From assembly GCF_009834535.1 (NCBI RefSeq), contig NC_045696.1, positions 11,410,001 through 11,474,000 of the forward strand: a DNA stretch of 64,000 nucleotides, read 5' to 3'. The stretch is from Camelus ferus (taxonomy: Eukaryota). Numbering within the stretch: position 1 is the first letter of the stretch; the number at the start of each line of letters is the position of its first letter. This document shows positions 51,137-63,765 of this stretch, piece after piece. The translations under genes and the position numbers were made by a program. A model generated the notes under the pieces. It saw only the letters and a program-made list of their open reading frames with translations. It was not told the origin of the DNA and ran no database searches.

Positions 51137-51492
51137 AGTGATGGCTGCGTTCATGTGCCAAGTTGGCTAGGCCAGGGTACCCCGTGTCTGGTCAAACCCC
51201 AGTCTACACGTTGCAGTGAAGGTATGTTTTAGATGTGATTAACATTTAAATCAGCAGGCTTTTTGAGTTAAGCAGACTACCCTCCACAATCTGGGTGGGC
51301 TTCATGGAGTCAGTTGAAAGCCTTAAGAGAAAAAGACGGAGTGTCCTGAGGAACAAATTCTGCTTCCAGAAGGCTCTGGGACTCGAGCTGAAACATCAAC
51401 TCTTCCCTGGGTGTCTAGGCATCACACACACACACACACATACACACACACACCCTTTTGGATCTGTTTCTCTGGAGAACTCTGACTGTCCA
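51137..51492 (+). mobile_element. MLT2 solo LTR containing (CA)n, ~20 bp from the exon 9 donor
   Basis: tgatggctgcgttcatgtgccaagttggctagg...tctgtttctctggagaactctgact. Confidence 0.8.
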
Positions 51493-51513
51493 TCACAACC
51501 CCCTAGTTCTTAC

Positions 51514-51561
51514 CTGTACAGCATGAAATTCAAGGTCTCTTGTCCAGGTGTCCAGGGAGGC
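51514..51561 (-). CDS. HUNK: HUNK coding exon (probably exon 9), 48 bp, phase 0-0
   Basis: Manual translation ASLDTWTRDLEFHAVQ; TTTTTACAG acceptor, GTAAGA donor. Confidence 0.95.
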
Positions 51562-52064
51562 CTGTAAAAAGCAGCATTTTTCAACAATTCAAGAAGCTGC
51601 ACCTGTTGTTTATTCCCTAAACTCTACCCCCTACCACTGACAGCTCTGATGAAAGATTATTCATTTCAATATTTATAGACAAGAAATCAAATAGTGGTGG
51701 AAGCAGGCATCAGATGTCCTAATTCCTGCCCTGAATAGATTTTCTAGGTAAGGTTTTTATTAAAGTCTAGGACACGTAATAGAGGGGGCGCTTTGATGAC
51801 CAGTAAGTAGTTCAGTGTTTTCTCAAACAGCAGAAGCATGTATGGAAATGGCACCCTGATGAAGAAACAGAACCGAGCGGGCACCTGGAAGTCCCTTGTG
51901 CCCCATGTCCTCGCCCCGTCCCCAAAGGTAACTACCATTCTGATTTCTAACAGCACAGCTTGACCTGATTCCAAAATTTATTTTTAAAATTTGTACAAAT
52001 TCTGCAATAAGATACAAAGCCAACATTGTAATACTTTACCTTTAAACTTATAGTCCCCTTTAAG

Positions 52065-52356
52065 TGTTTATAGTCCCCCAAAATGCGTATGTTGGAATCC
52101 TAACCCCTAGACCTCAGAATGTGACCTTGCTTGAAGACAGGGTCAAGACAGGCCTGTCACATCCCCTTTGAAGCCTGGGGACGGGAGTGGGGGTGGAGGG
52201 GAGTTGGAGGGGTGTGAAAGCTCACTCTCCTTTGCCTTTGAGAAGAGTAATTGTTCATGTTACCTTTACAGAGGTAGTCAAGTTAAGATGAAGTCATCTA
52301 GGTGGGTTCTAATGCAGTGTGACTGGTACACTTATAGAAAGAGGAAACTGATCGCA

Positions 52357-52393
<37 letters not shown>

Positions 52394-52640
52394 CACGATG
52401 TGAAGATGCAGGTAGAGATCGGGGTGATGCTTCTGCAAGTCGAGGAACCAAAGGTGGCCAGCAAACCACCAGAAGCTAGGAGGCATGAAAGAGATCCCTG
52501 TCAGAGCCTTCAGGGGAACCAACCCTGCCGACATCTCAACCTTGGACTTCTTGCCTATAGACCTGTGAGATGCCACATTCCTTTGTTTGAGGCACTCAGT
52601 GTGGGGGACTTTGTTATGGCCGCCGGAGCAAACTCATACG
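52065..52640 (+). mobile_element. MLT1 solo LTR with (CA)n microsatellite (52358-52390)
   Basis: cctcagaatgtgaccttg...gcaaaccaccagaagctaggagg...ctttgttatggc. Confidence 0.8.
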
Positions 52641-54009
52641 GTCCCTCCGCCACCCTCGGCACCACTTTTCTTCCCAAACTGCAATATTGCTTTGACACTA
52701 CAGAGAAGCCCTCCTCGTGCTACTGTACAGTTTCCTACAAATCAGCATTATTTTTAAAAACTTGAACAAAAATGGCTCTCTGTGGCTTCAATAAACCAGT
52801 TTAAAAGTGATGACCACCCTTCCATGACCCCCACAGTCCTCAAGGGCCTCTGTTTTAGGGAAAGGAGTCTCAGAGGCGTCACATGCCCATGGTGCTCTTC
52901 GATGAGACAAGTGTGTCATGTTTCCAGACACACTCTGCCTGTTACAGGAAGAAGAGGTAGAGAAAGTGTTCAAGTCGTAAACTGACAGCACTGTCATCCC
53001 AAGGGAAGTTTTTTAATTCAACTTAATTTGGCTCCTTTGTCTCCTAGGAGAAAAAGAACTGGAATTGAGAAGAAGAAAGAGGCCATCACATGACCTCGAT
53101 GCCTGGACACGGCCCCAGAGCCCGTCTGTGTGCAACCTTGAACTTCTGTCCACTGCTCCTGTTCCCCACCCCGGCTCCCCTGCCGCCTGGTGGCTTCTCC
53201 TCCGGGACCGCTGATGGGAACTGGAAGGAAACCCACAGAGGCTCTGAGTGGGCTTCACCTGGGAAACCTGGCCTCCTTCAGACTTTCTTACCACCTTTTC
53301 TAACTGGCCCCATTCCACTTTCTAGGTTCCAACAGAGCCGAGTTGGATAATCTAGTCATAGCCTGTAATTTAATTAGCACAAGGATCGCTGCAGTTTGGA
53401 GAAAACAAATGGATCATAGAAAACTGAAATGCTATTTTCCCACTAGTGTTCCTATTCAAACCCTAACCATTAAATATTTCAACAAATGTTTGAAAATGCT
53501 TACCATGTGTTTTGGGGCCAAAAGAAATAATCAGCTGAGAAAAATAAGCTGGATGGAAAAAAAAGGGGGCCCCTTTTCCATCGTGGCTCCGACACGTTTG
53601 AACACATGAGCCGGGTCAGGTACCAGAGCGACGAAGGACATGGGCATCAGCCAAGTGGCTTAGAGGCCACCCGGGGCACACACGTGGGGGCACGTGGTAT
53701 ATCTCAGTTTGCATTATTACCTGAGGCCCTAAAAGGTCAAATGCAAAGCAAGAGGCAGGGGAGCCTAAGAGTGAATTCTGCAAACCCCGGGCCCCAGCCA
53801 AGGTGACTGCCCACAGTACAAATGACTGTAAGAAGTCCCTCCCTGCCGTAGGGCATGGCCATCAGGGGATGAGGGTTCAATCTGTGTACTATAGTGCAAG
53901 CAGTGCCTCTACCTTGATCAAGTTAGATGTCCCACCTGGCATGTTCAAGCTTCTCCAGGTGCTGGCTCAATTCTATTTTTCTGAGACTTGGGTCAAAGTC
54001 AACTCGATT

Positions 54010-54900
54010 ATTTCTTTTGTTGATTTAGCAAATTTTTTCTTGAGCCCCTGCTGCATGCCAGGCTTTGTGGGGGCTCTAGGGACTTTCTCTGCTCTTAAGA
54101 ACTCACAGTCCAGAGTGGGAAAGAGACATTCAAATAGTCCCTAAACAAATGAAACCCTGCCAGTGGGACAAGCCCCAGGATGCAGAACGTGGTGTGACAG
54201 CCCGCACTGGAGGGGTGCAATCTAATGGCAGAGGTCAGACAATGGCAGAGATCCAGGAGAACAGGAGCCTGCCTTGGGATCTGAAGATATATAGACATCA
54301 ACTCAGCAGAAAGGGGTGGGGAGAACATTCTGGAAGAGGGAACAGGGCGTGCACAGTCCTGGCAGCCAAGAGAGCACAGAAGTTAGAAGACCCATTGGAC
54401 AGAGCACAAAGCAAGAAGCAGGGCTGGGGCTGGGGATGTGAGGGGTGGATGGGGCTGGGAGAGGAGACTGGAGGAGCTGACAGAAGCCGGTCCAATCCGG
54501 GACATGGTGGCCACGTCACAGAGTTTGCCTTCCAGGATATGGAAAGAAGCCTTTGAAAGTTTCGAGCAGGGAAGTGACACGGTCTGACTTGAGTGTGAAT
54601 AGCTCACTCTGGCTAGTGTGTGGAGGACAGAGTGCCAGGCAGTCGTGGGGAAGGAGGGAGACCAGTTAGGAGGCTGTGGCAGCGGTCCAGGCAAGAGGGG
54701 AGAATGGGGATGGAGAGAGTGGGGGCGGTGCTGCTTCTCAGGGTGAGGGCAAGGAATCAAAAGGACTCCCGGGTTTCTGCCCTGTACTGAGGGCGGGGCT
54801 GCCATTTGGAGACAGAGACTAGGGGTCAGGAGAGAGGATGGTTCCAGGTGTGCTAGATTTGAGACATCTTGCTTATGCAAGAGGAGGCTTAGTTAGCAAT
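54010..54900 (-). mobile_element. L2 LINE fragment
   Basis: ttgagcccctgctgcatgccaggc, ggaagagggaacag, ctcactctggctagtgtgtggag. Confidence 0.65.
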
Positions 54901-56242
54901 TGGCCAGAGGCGTCTGGGGCTCAGGGGAGCCTGGCCCCTACACCATCTCCACCTAAAAGCCATGTGTGTGCTTGCAGCTCAGCCCCAGGCTGCACATCCC
55001 CCTCCAAAGGCTCACCTCCAGCCTGGGGTCAAGGCGAGGCCCACTCAGGCTGCTCTGAATGCACACCCCTCCCCACTCACCCCTGGTGTTCCTTCCTCTT
55101 CCCCCACCGCGGCTCCTCCCCAACCCCACATCTCCAAGCAGAAGCCACATCCTCTCCTCATCATTGCCAGAGACCTATGCTCCCTGTCGTCACTCCCCCA
55201 AATACACGCGATCTCTTTTCTGCCTTTGCCACTTCCTCCAGGACGTCTAACTGCTCAGTTGTCACCACGGACCGTTTTATACTTGACCTTAACTGTGTCC
55301 TCCTGGGCACCCTTCCCTCCTGGGTCTCCGGCTGCTCCGTCATCTTTGACAGTTTCTCTGTCATCAAAGTGTCTCCTCTGCCTCCCTGAACCATGCCATC
55401 CTCCAGACTCTGTCTAGATCGGTCAGCCTCACCACTCCCCAGCTCCACACCTTGCCCACCTCCACACTTGGGGCAGCCACTTTTACACGTGGCATCTGGC
55501 AGCTCTGTACCCCATCACCTGCATCACCAGGTTGGCCTGGGTCGTGTCCCAATTACTTCCTGCTGTCACCAAGGAGCCCAGAGCAGTGTTCAGTCACCAC
55601 CCCCCGGCCCCTCAATGCCTCTCAAAGACCCAGGAGACCTTCCTTCTCCAGTGACATGTGAGGCTTGTGGAATCAGGGTGAAAACTTATGGGTCAGAAGA
55701 GGGAAGAGGCAGTGGACAGGCCACCTGCCTCCCACTGAGCATGGAGGGCGGGTCCCTTTCTGATTTCTCCTCAAATGAAGGAATTCCTGGGTGTCCCAGG
55801 AGACGCTCTGGTGGCAGGGGGACTCAGGCACATGGAAGAGGCTCTGGAGGGGAAATGGAAGTGGGTTCCGTTTTCCATGGAAAATCACTGAGAAGGCAGA
55901 GGAGCCGCACTCAACAAAACAGCAAATGAGGGTCCCTGGGGGCACCGGGCTCCAGACCCCGGATCTGAATTTCCCAGGCATATTCTCTTAACAAGCGTGT
56001 ATCTGGGGTCCAAATTTGGGATAATATGATACAAGTCTTTACCCTGAAATCAAAGAACCTTGGTATTTTCTCTCAGGTATGTTCTAGGTAGGTAGCATCC
56101 AGCCACCAAGGACAACTGCCTGGAAAGGCTTGATTCCATCTGACACTTTTTGCAGTTCCTCATCTTACTTTCTTCTTCTGATACCCAGTGTTACCTTCAC
56201 TTCCATTTTTCAGCATCTCGTTTTCGCCTTTTGGAGCTCTGC

Positions 56243-56417
56243 CAGTGGTTTCCAACCTTGACTGTTCAAGGGAATCGTCCAGGGAGCTTTAAAAAAATAC
56301 TGACCCCCACCCCCACCCCTTGAGATTCCACAGAATCAGTTCAAAGTGCGGCCTGGGCATCCGGATGTTCAAACGCTCCCCGGGGATTCGAATGTACGGC
56401 CCAGCTAAGAACCACAG
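56243..56417. mobile_element. MER5-like hAT MITE
   Basis: cagtggtttccaaccttg...gggagctttaaaaaaatactga...aagaaccac. Confidence 0.7.
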
Positions 56418-56602
56418 TCTGGAGACTGAGCGATGGTGGTCTGGCTATAAACCATGTCTCAAAGGCTCAGTTAATTAAGCGAGTATTTGCCTTTGGCTAC
56501 TTCTGTGTCCCATAATGATTGGTTTCCTTTCCACTCCACCCCCACAAAAATGGAAATTCACTCTTCCGGAGAGCTCCTGGTCTGTGTTTGGGGGTCACTC
56601 AC

Positions 56603-56686
56603 CTCATAGGGCTCCTTGGTGGGCCTGCACTTTTCTATCTGATAGAGCTGGGTCTTGTAGCAGACACTGTCCTGGATGTCAGATTT
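56603..56686 (-). CDS. HUNK: HUNK coding exon (probably exon 8), 84 bp, phase 0-0
   Basis: Manual translation KSDIQDSVCYKTQLYQIEKCRPTKEPYE; TAG acceptor, GTGAGT donor; too short for the ORF track. Confidence 0.95.
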
Positions 56687-58339
56687 CTACCAGAGAAGAG
56701 GGGAAAAAAAGCCTGGCTTAACTCATGGGAAGCAGAAATGTCCATTAAGCAGTCATTAATTTTTAAACCAGCGCTCGGCTGAGAAAGGGCAGAATGTGGT
56801 TGGCAAGGCCCTTAATTGCAGTGCAAAGCCTCATCGGAGGTCAGCCCGTAGGAGCCCGGGGAGAGCGCCGGGCCCAGAGTCAGGTGACCTGTCTCTGTTA
56901 CTGGCTCTGCCAGGAGAGGGCCAGGCGGCCCTGGGCTCATCACTGCTCCTCGCTGGGCCTCAGCACTCTCACCTGTGCGAGTGAGAAGACCCCTCTAAGA
57001 CGTGCAAGTGGAGACCGAATATGTGAGCAGGGAGGGACAACTTATTTTATCGAACTACTGACTAGGACACAGATCTTGCTTGTTTAAAAACAGCCCTAGT
57101 TCCTGCCCCCTCCCCCGCCCCGCCCAATAAAAGTCACATCCATTCATAATAGCGTTTCAAGAAGACAGATAACCACCCCTAAGATGACCCAGGAGCATGA
57201 CTTAGGTGTAATGCTCTTTGGTGGCAGGTGTAATTAAATGACTGATTAATTGATCAACCAACAAATATTCATGGGATGCCTTTACAGGCTCTCCAAATTA
57301 AAGTCCAGGCCTCTAGGTCTTAGAAAGAGGAAACAAGAATCAAGGGAGAGGGGGAGAAATGACAAATAATTAAGGTATAATATTTACTTTTTAGTTCACT
57401 AGTTTCACTCTCAAAATTATACGTGTTTGTTAGTAACTAGCGAATGATATTATTAACTGGGACAGTGCAATGACAGTAGCCTTGTGTGGAAATTACTATC
57501 AGACCAGATATGACTGTCTGTGGGGAATAATTCACTCTTAAAAGCAGCCACCCACCTCGACAGTGGTTCTCAGACCAGCTACGTCCTATGATTTAAGGGT
57601 AAATTTTGAAACAGACACAATCAAATAAGAACCTTCTCCAGTTAGAACTACATTAGTTGAGTTTCTGGGAACTTCTCAGCAGATAAAACCACAGAGCTCT
57701 GCAGCCCTGCAACATTCGCAGCCCTGATGCTGGGCAAACAAAGCAGATGGCAAGACACCCGGAGAAACCAAGACACAGCCCAAGAGCTTCAGGCAAACCT
57801 CTCTTACATGGGAGGAGCCGCGTGATTGTTTAAGGGCGCGAGCAGCCAAAGTTTGCATCTGTAGATGTGGAGGTTGACATAGAAAGAAACTATTTTTAAA
57901 GCGAAAGCCCCTCTATCTTACTGATCAGTAGCCAGAGAACCAGTTCTGCCAAAAGAAGAATGTCTGAATCTGCCAGCTTACTTGAGAAAAGAGCAGTGTC
58001 ATCCTTTAAATATGTGAAATCGTGAACTTTACAGCCAGTTTCGTGGAAACACTTTTTAAAAACTACTTTTTGAACAAATTCATCATTTCAAACAGAAAAT
58101 CAGTGTGTTGACCCTCCTCTGTTCCTTCTACTTGAGAACTACTAGTCTCCTGGCACGGTGGCCCCCCCAAATGGTGTGTGACCTTGAGCTCATAACGCGT
58201 GAAAAAGTTGTCAGCAGGCACCAATAATACGTGCATATTTATTTAAAAATTATAAGCATGTACTGTACTAATATATCACGTACACTATAAAATATGCAAT
58301 AAAATAGGAATTTTAAAGGATAAGATAAGGAAGAAATAT

Positions 58340-59140
58340 AGGGCATATGGTCTCCTTACAGAAGAGAAATGAGAAACAGCTTCAAGCCTAACATGTCTTT
58401 TATGCTCATCACCATAGGTGAACGGAGCCTCTGCACAGTACAGGAGAATCTCTTAATCACTCCTATTGCACAATAAAATGATATAATTAACACACTACGT
58501 GTCAAAGGTCCTGGCCTCCACGTCTCTCCGGCAGTAGCTTTCCTGTGACCATGGCACTGTCTCTGAAATCTAGCCTCAAAGTTGCATACCTGTTTCCATC
58601 CAAAGTGTCGTCCCATCACTGCTTACAGAGTGTTTTATTTTCCCCCCATAAAACATTACTCTTTTTAAAAAAGCCTTTTACTATAGAGAATGTCTCTTCT
58701 TGTCTACATCTTTCCTTTGGTGTTTCACCAAATAAAAGTTGTTCTGTGGGTAATTTCCTGTTGAAGTCAAACCTGTGATGGACCCTAAGCTGAATCCACT
58801 TAGAAACATCAAGACTGCTGTTCAGTTGTTTAACAAAACGCCCATAAAGCTCCTTCATCTGCTCGGCAATGTTTTTCGAAATGCCTCCCAAATCTATTTG
58901 ATAACAAGAGACACATTCTCACCATCTTGTCTTCCGGGCATCATTTTGGTCATTTTGGTCATTTCTGCCTCATCAGGGAGAATATCATTTCCCCAACTGT
59001 CAGTGGATTTTTGTCCTTCGCTCTAATATAAAAGCCTCACAAAAGGTTTCTAAGACTATTGTTTAGTGAAGTTTTGTGATATCCTGGGCTATCACGTGAC
59101 TTTAAATTGCACTGGAAAACTTTAGAAATTCGTCTTCATG
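58340..59140 (-). mobile_element. Fossil hAT (Charlie/Buster-type) transposase fragment in HUNK intron
   Basis: Remnant peptides RAKDKNPLTVGE, NIAEQMKE, QLNSSLDVS..IQL, EQLLFGE, FSIVKGFF resemble AK.KKPHTIGE / QLDESTDVS / EELLFC motifs. Confidence 0.75.
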
Positions 59141-60052
59141 TTCTGGATTGTAAATGTCACAACAGGGACAAACCCCCACAATCAGATCTCAAGGCGCCAC
59201 AGACACGGGGTGAAGATCATCCTTCAAGACAGTGGGTATGAAATCAGCTTTCAGATGGGCTCCCTGACAATTCCAAATTTCTCGGGCTGGCGTCCTGTTA
59301 GATCTGGTCAGCCCCCGTCACTCCGAGTCAGAGAAACAGAAGGAGTGATACACAGGATCTATCACTGCCTTTGATCCAGTTTTCTTTGCAGAATTCTTTT
59401 TTAGCCATTGTCCATTTAGAAAGAGTTGACTGGATACGGAAGCATGTAAATTCCCTTACCCAGGCACGTATGCACTGCAGGTGGCAGAAGGATGAAGGTG
59501 CCCAAAGCAAGCGGGTACCACCATCCCCCCCGACTCCCAGCTGTACCTCCCTCATCTGCAACACATGACACCTGGACTTTCTGATGCCCAGATGGAGTGA
59601 AGGGGCCAAAGTCAAGCTGGTGAAGTTCCATTTCATTCTTGTTTTCTAGCAAAGTAAATGTAAACAGTGGCTTTCTCATACCCCGAGCTTTAGAGGTGAA
59701 TGCCTGAGAGCCTCTGCTCCCCAACCTTTAAAGCCACACACGTCCCTGGTGCCTTTTAAGTGAGGAACCCAAGGAGCTACCAGAAACTGAAGGAAAAAGA
59801 AGCTCGAACCTCTCCCGAGTCTGCCCAGACCTTCACTCTGTGGGAGAACATTTGAAAAACACCTCAGATCAAAAGCGCTCTCTGAGAAGCAGGTTTGGGT
59901 ACTATTTTCTCCCACGTTCAGGAAACCCAGCCTTACATTCGCTTCAATTAACAGCTCAGATCAAGTGTCAGCAACCGGGAAGGAAACACTTTGGGTGTCA
60001 GAGCTCCTCTTTCCTCAGAGGGTAAAGAGAGCCGCCGTGGGGCCCCACTCAC

Positions 60053-60215
60053 CCCTGACAAATAGCGCTCGAGTTTCTTGTTTAGGAGGAAGTAGATGGC
60101 GAGGATGTGACAGGCACGGTTGGACAGCACTGTGTTGATCACATCACTGTTCTTGTAGCCCAGCTTCTCGGTCATGTGCAGCACCACGCTGGGGCTCAGG
60201 TCTTCCAGGGAAATC
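60053..60215 (-). CDS. HUNK: HUNK coding exon (probably exon 7, UBA/SNF1-homology region), 163 bp
   Basis: Translates (R)ISLEDLSPSVVLHMTEKLGYKNSDVINTVLSNRACHILAIYFLLNKKLERYLSG, as recalled for mammalian HUNK; CAG acceptor (plus 60216-60218) and GTGAGT donor (plus actcac 60047-60052). Confidence 0.96.
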
Positions 60216-60325
60216 CTGCTCGGCAGAGGGACAGAGGACCAGTCACATCTCCATCCTCCCTGAGAGGCCCTGGGGCCTGCTTAGTGATGCTCACAAACAT
60301 GGCAGCACAGAGACCCCCACCCCCA

Positions 60326-60351
60326 ACACACACACACACACACACACACAC
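60326..60351 (+). repeat. (CA)n microsatellite
   Basis: Directly visible. Confidence 0.9.
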
Positions 60352-60399
60352 GCCCCCCATGGACAACCACATCCATCATTCACTCTTTCATTCACTTGA

Positions 60400-60740
60400 C
60401 TTTTTATTATGAAAAATCCATGTACAGAAAAGTAGAAGGAATAGTACGATTACCCTACGTGTGCACCCATACATGGCTCTACCCATTGTTAATGTGTCAC
60501 CATACATGCTTGCTTGCTTTATTTATTTATTTTCTATAGTATTTTGTATCCCAGACATCGTGACATTTCATTCCTAAACACCTCAGTGTGCATCTTTAAA
60601 AACCAAGGGCATCTCCTGCAGAATCACAATACCATCAAAATACTCAACAAAATTCTAGTATGTCTTCATCTTCTCTGATATCTAGAGTATATTCAGATGT
60701 CCTCAATTGTCCCAAACGTCTTTGCAATTTGACATTCTTT
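60400..60740 (-). mobile_element. Old L1 3' fragment
   Basis: tttttattatgaaaaat...acagaaaagtaga, cctcagtgtgcatc...aagggcatctcctgca. Confidence 0.6.
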
Positions 60741-62533
60741 TCCCTTAAAGTGTATTTACTGGACATGGGCGGAGCCCGCACTTAAGTTGGGTGGAAGCTG
60801 GTGTGGGAAAGGAGAGTGTTCAGGAGCCAGTCCAGCCCGTGTTTAAAGGAACAATGTGAGCTTACGAGCTCACAAATAGGGGATCTGGGGCTCAGCCATA
60901 AAGTAAGATGCTATTTGAGAGGCAGCGAGTGTAGAGGTTCATCTAGACACTGAACTAGGCTGCTCGGGTTTGAATTCTGGGGCTGCAACTTTTGACAGAA
61001 CCTCAGAACCGTAACACCCGGAGAAACCACACAGTACACCCCCATAATGGTGCAGAAGAGGAAGCCGACTTGCCAAGTCCACAGGCCAGTTAGTAGGGGC
61101 AGGAAGGGCAGACCCAGGTCTGCTGGCCACCTTCCACCACCCTCAGTGTAACCTACGTCGGCCCTCCCTCTGCTACATTTGGCTAAGTGCCGGCCAAAGA
61201 AAACACACCCAAGAAACCAGGAGGTCTGCCTTCTTCACTCCTGATGGCCACAAAATGACAAATGCTAGAAAAAAGGTTGAGTAGGGTTGGCATGATTAAT
61301 GGTTAAAAATAATAACGTTTGTTTAAAAAGGATACACTTACTTGAAGACTGCCAAAGCACTTAACACAGAAAGCACAACTGTTTGAAACTAGCCGGTAAC
61401 ATCCAAGTGTGGGCAGGCCTGCCTTTGGTCAAGGAGATCACCACCCCCACTTGACCCCACCCCTGGCCAGTGAGATCCCTGCTGTGCCCCTGACATTGGC
61501 CAATCAGACCATGGCTTCGTGGCCTCACCCCTAGCCAATCAGATCATGATTTTTGTGACCCTCCCTCCACCCCTGACCAATCAACCCACAGCTACATTGG
61601 ATGACCCCACCCCCAGAAGGCCCTGGCTATCTGACATCAACCATGGTTCCCTGGGGAGCAGGCCCTGGAAGGGGTGCCACCCGGGTGGGGCTGGGGAGTG
61701 GAGGAGAGAGGAGGAAGTGAGCAAGGGCAGACACCCCATCTCTGCCCTTCATATCCTTTGTCTTCAAAAACACATGAGCTCTGCCAGCATATAGGCTGTG
61801 GGCTGACTCCTGACTGAGAGGAATATTTTAAATATTTTCAATAAGCAATGTGTATATTTGGTGCTTTCCTGTGTCAGTTACTGAACTTGTATCATCGCTC
61901 CATGTTTGGATTACAGAGACGATGGTAATAAAATGTTCCGGAACACTAGGTATAATTCTGAGTAACATGAATCCAATTTTATTCCACTGAGGTCTAATTC
62001 TGTCCTGCGCTACCATTGGCCTCCTTCCCCTCCCACCCATCACCAGCGCTAACTACAGGTGTGGGAGACTGACCAGGCCCAGGCAGCGCAATGGGAGGGG
62101 GCGGCTTAGGGTCTGCTCTGAAAAAAATGTCAGCTCCCAGAACAAGGAGGCCAGCCCGGCACACGGCAACATCTGTGACTGGCTGGCATGAACATTTATT
62201 ACAAAAAGTTTACTTTTAAAGACATTTTCCTCTTGCCTCTTGGAAGTCAACCTGGAGGCCCAAATGAATGAACAGAAGGCTTTACAGAAAAGTGATGTAA
62301 AGCATGGGACCTTTATTTTCTTTCTTTCCCAGAAGTAAAACATTGACAACACCTAAAATAATTAAATCTGGGGCTACACATGTTGGGAAGCTATAAAATA
62401 GACCTTATAAAGAAAATATTCCTTTCCTGGTCACATAGCCTTACTCCATTTATCTGTGTGCTGGTAAAACCAGAAAGATAATTATCAAAAGCACTTTTTT
62501 GCCTTATATATTTTTTTCAAAATAAAGACTGTA

Positions 62534-62577
62534 GAAATTAACATAACTGTACACCAGCTATATTTCAGTTAAAATAA
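62534..62577 (+). mobile_element. Extremely 5'-truncated L1 tail with TSD
   Basis: TSD aaagactgta (62524-62533, 62578-62587); insert resembles the L1 termini at 32600-32630 and 46955-46990. Confidence 0.55.
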
Positions 62578-63741
62578 AAAGACTGTAAATAACACGTGTC
62601 TTCCCCAATAGTTTACAGTTCTGGTTTCATTATTTAAAAACCACACATGGATTTGGCTCTAGTATAAAATGAATAATGGGCTTTAACCAAACAGTAGGCA
62701 CTGAGCTGCTGTTTTCGTTAATATACAAGATTTTAACCATTTTTACGATCTACCTAATTAATCACGTGTAGCCTTTATGCTTTTGACCAAGTCCAAATGC
62801 AAAAATTATCAATCTGGCAAAGCCAATACAGATTACTAGAATTTAAGTTTTAATCTACAAAAGCCTGCCTATAACCCAGGGAGAAGGTACAAAATGAGAT
62901 GCCAGGGCATGAGCCTTCGTGGATGAAGACGCGGCCAGCAGGGAGGGAGGAGGCTGTATTTAATACCGGTTTCCCTTCCTTCAACAGCTGCCCCGTTGAG
63001 TGGATTGATTATGCTCATTTTGACAGTGATTACATTAGGTTAATGACTCATTTGGAAGCTACTAATGCCTCCTCTTTTAACGGAGAGCATACCTGTGCGC
63101 TTCAGTGCGGTGTGAGCCTTGGGAACGAGGCATGGGTCCTCGGCTCTGCTTTCTGTTAGGGTAATAATCCTGGTGTCTGTTTCAGATACTAGACCAGACC
63201 GAGCCAGCACTGGAAACCAGCAGTCTATTTCCAGGTTCCCTTGGTAACCTGAGTAGCCTAGACTTCGTTTAAATTACCTCCCATGGGTGAAACGCTAGAA
63301 TTCTAGAAGGCAGCTGAGTGAAAGCACCCCACCTATGGCCAGGCGAGCATCAGTGTGGCCCAGTAGCCTAGATGCACATCCCACACCCCACCCCCAGACC
63401 CCCTGAAGTTCTCCTAGAAGGTCCTCCCCGAGGCAGAGCCCGGCCTGCCCGTCTCAGCTGGAGACCTCAGTGCTGCCTCCTTCATAAGGCTTGTGGATGC
63501 TTCCAGACCTTCCTGGGCCTTTTGAACATGCGATCATAGAGGACACCTCTTTCCCTAGCCTGTCAGTCCCCCATCTGTCCCCCCTCATCAGTGGTTCTTC
63601 TGTCTTCATCTGAGCTTCAGATCTAGAATGTGCAGGCCATTCTCGGTCTGAAGGAAGAAGGACTCAAGGTAGCTCCCAATCCTGGAGGGTATCTGACCCA
63701 CGTGGTCTTCATGTTTGCTCTAAAGTCACCAAGGTGAAGAG

Positions 63742-63765
63742 TTAGGGTTAGGGTTAGGGTTAGGG
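63742..63765 (+). repeat. Interstitial telomeric repeat (TTAGGG)4
   Basis: Four perfect TTAGGG units. Confidence 0.95.
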
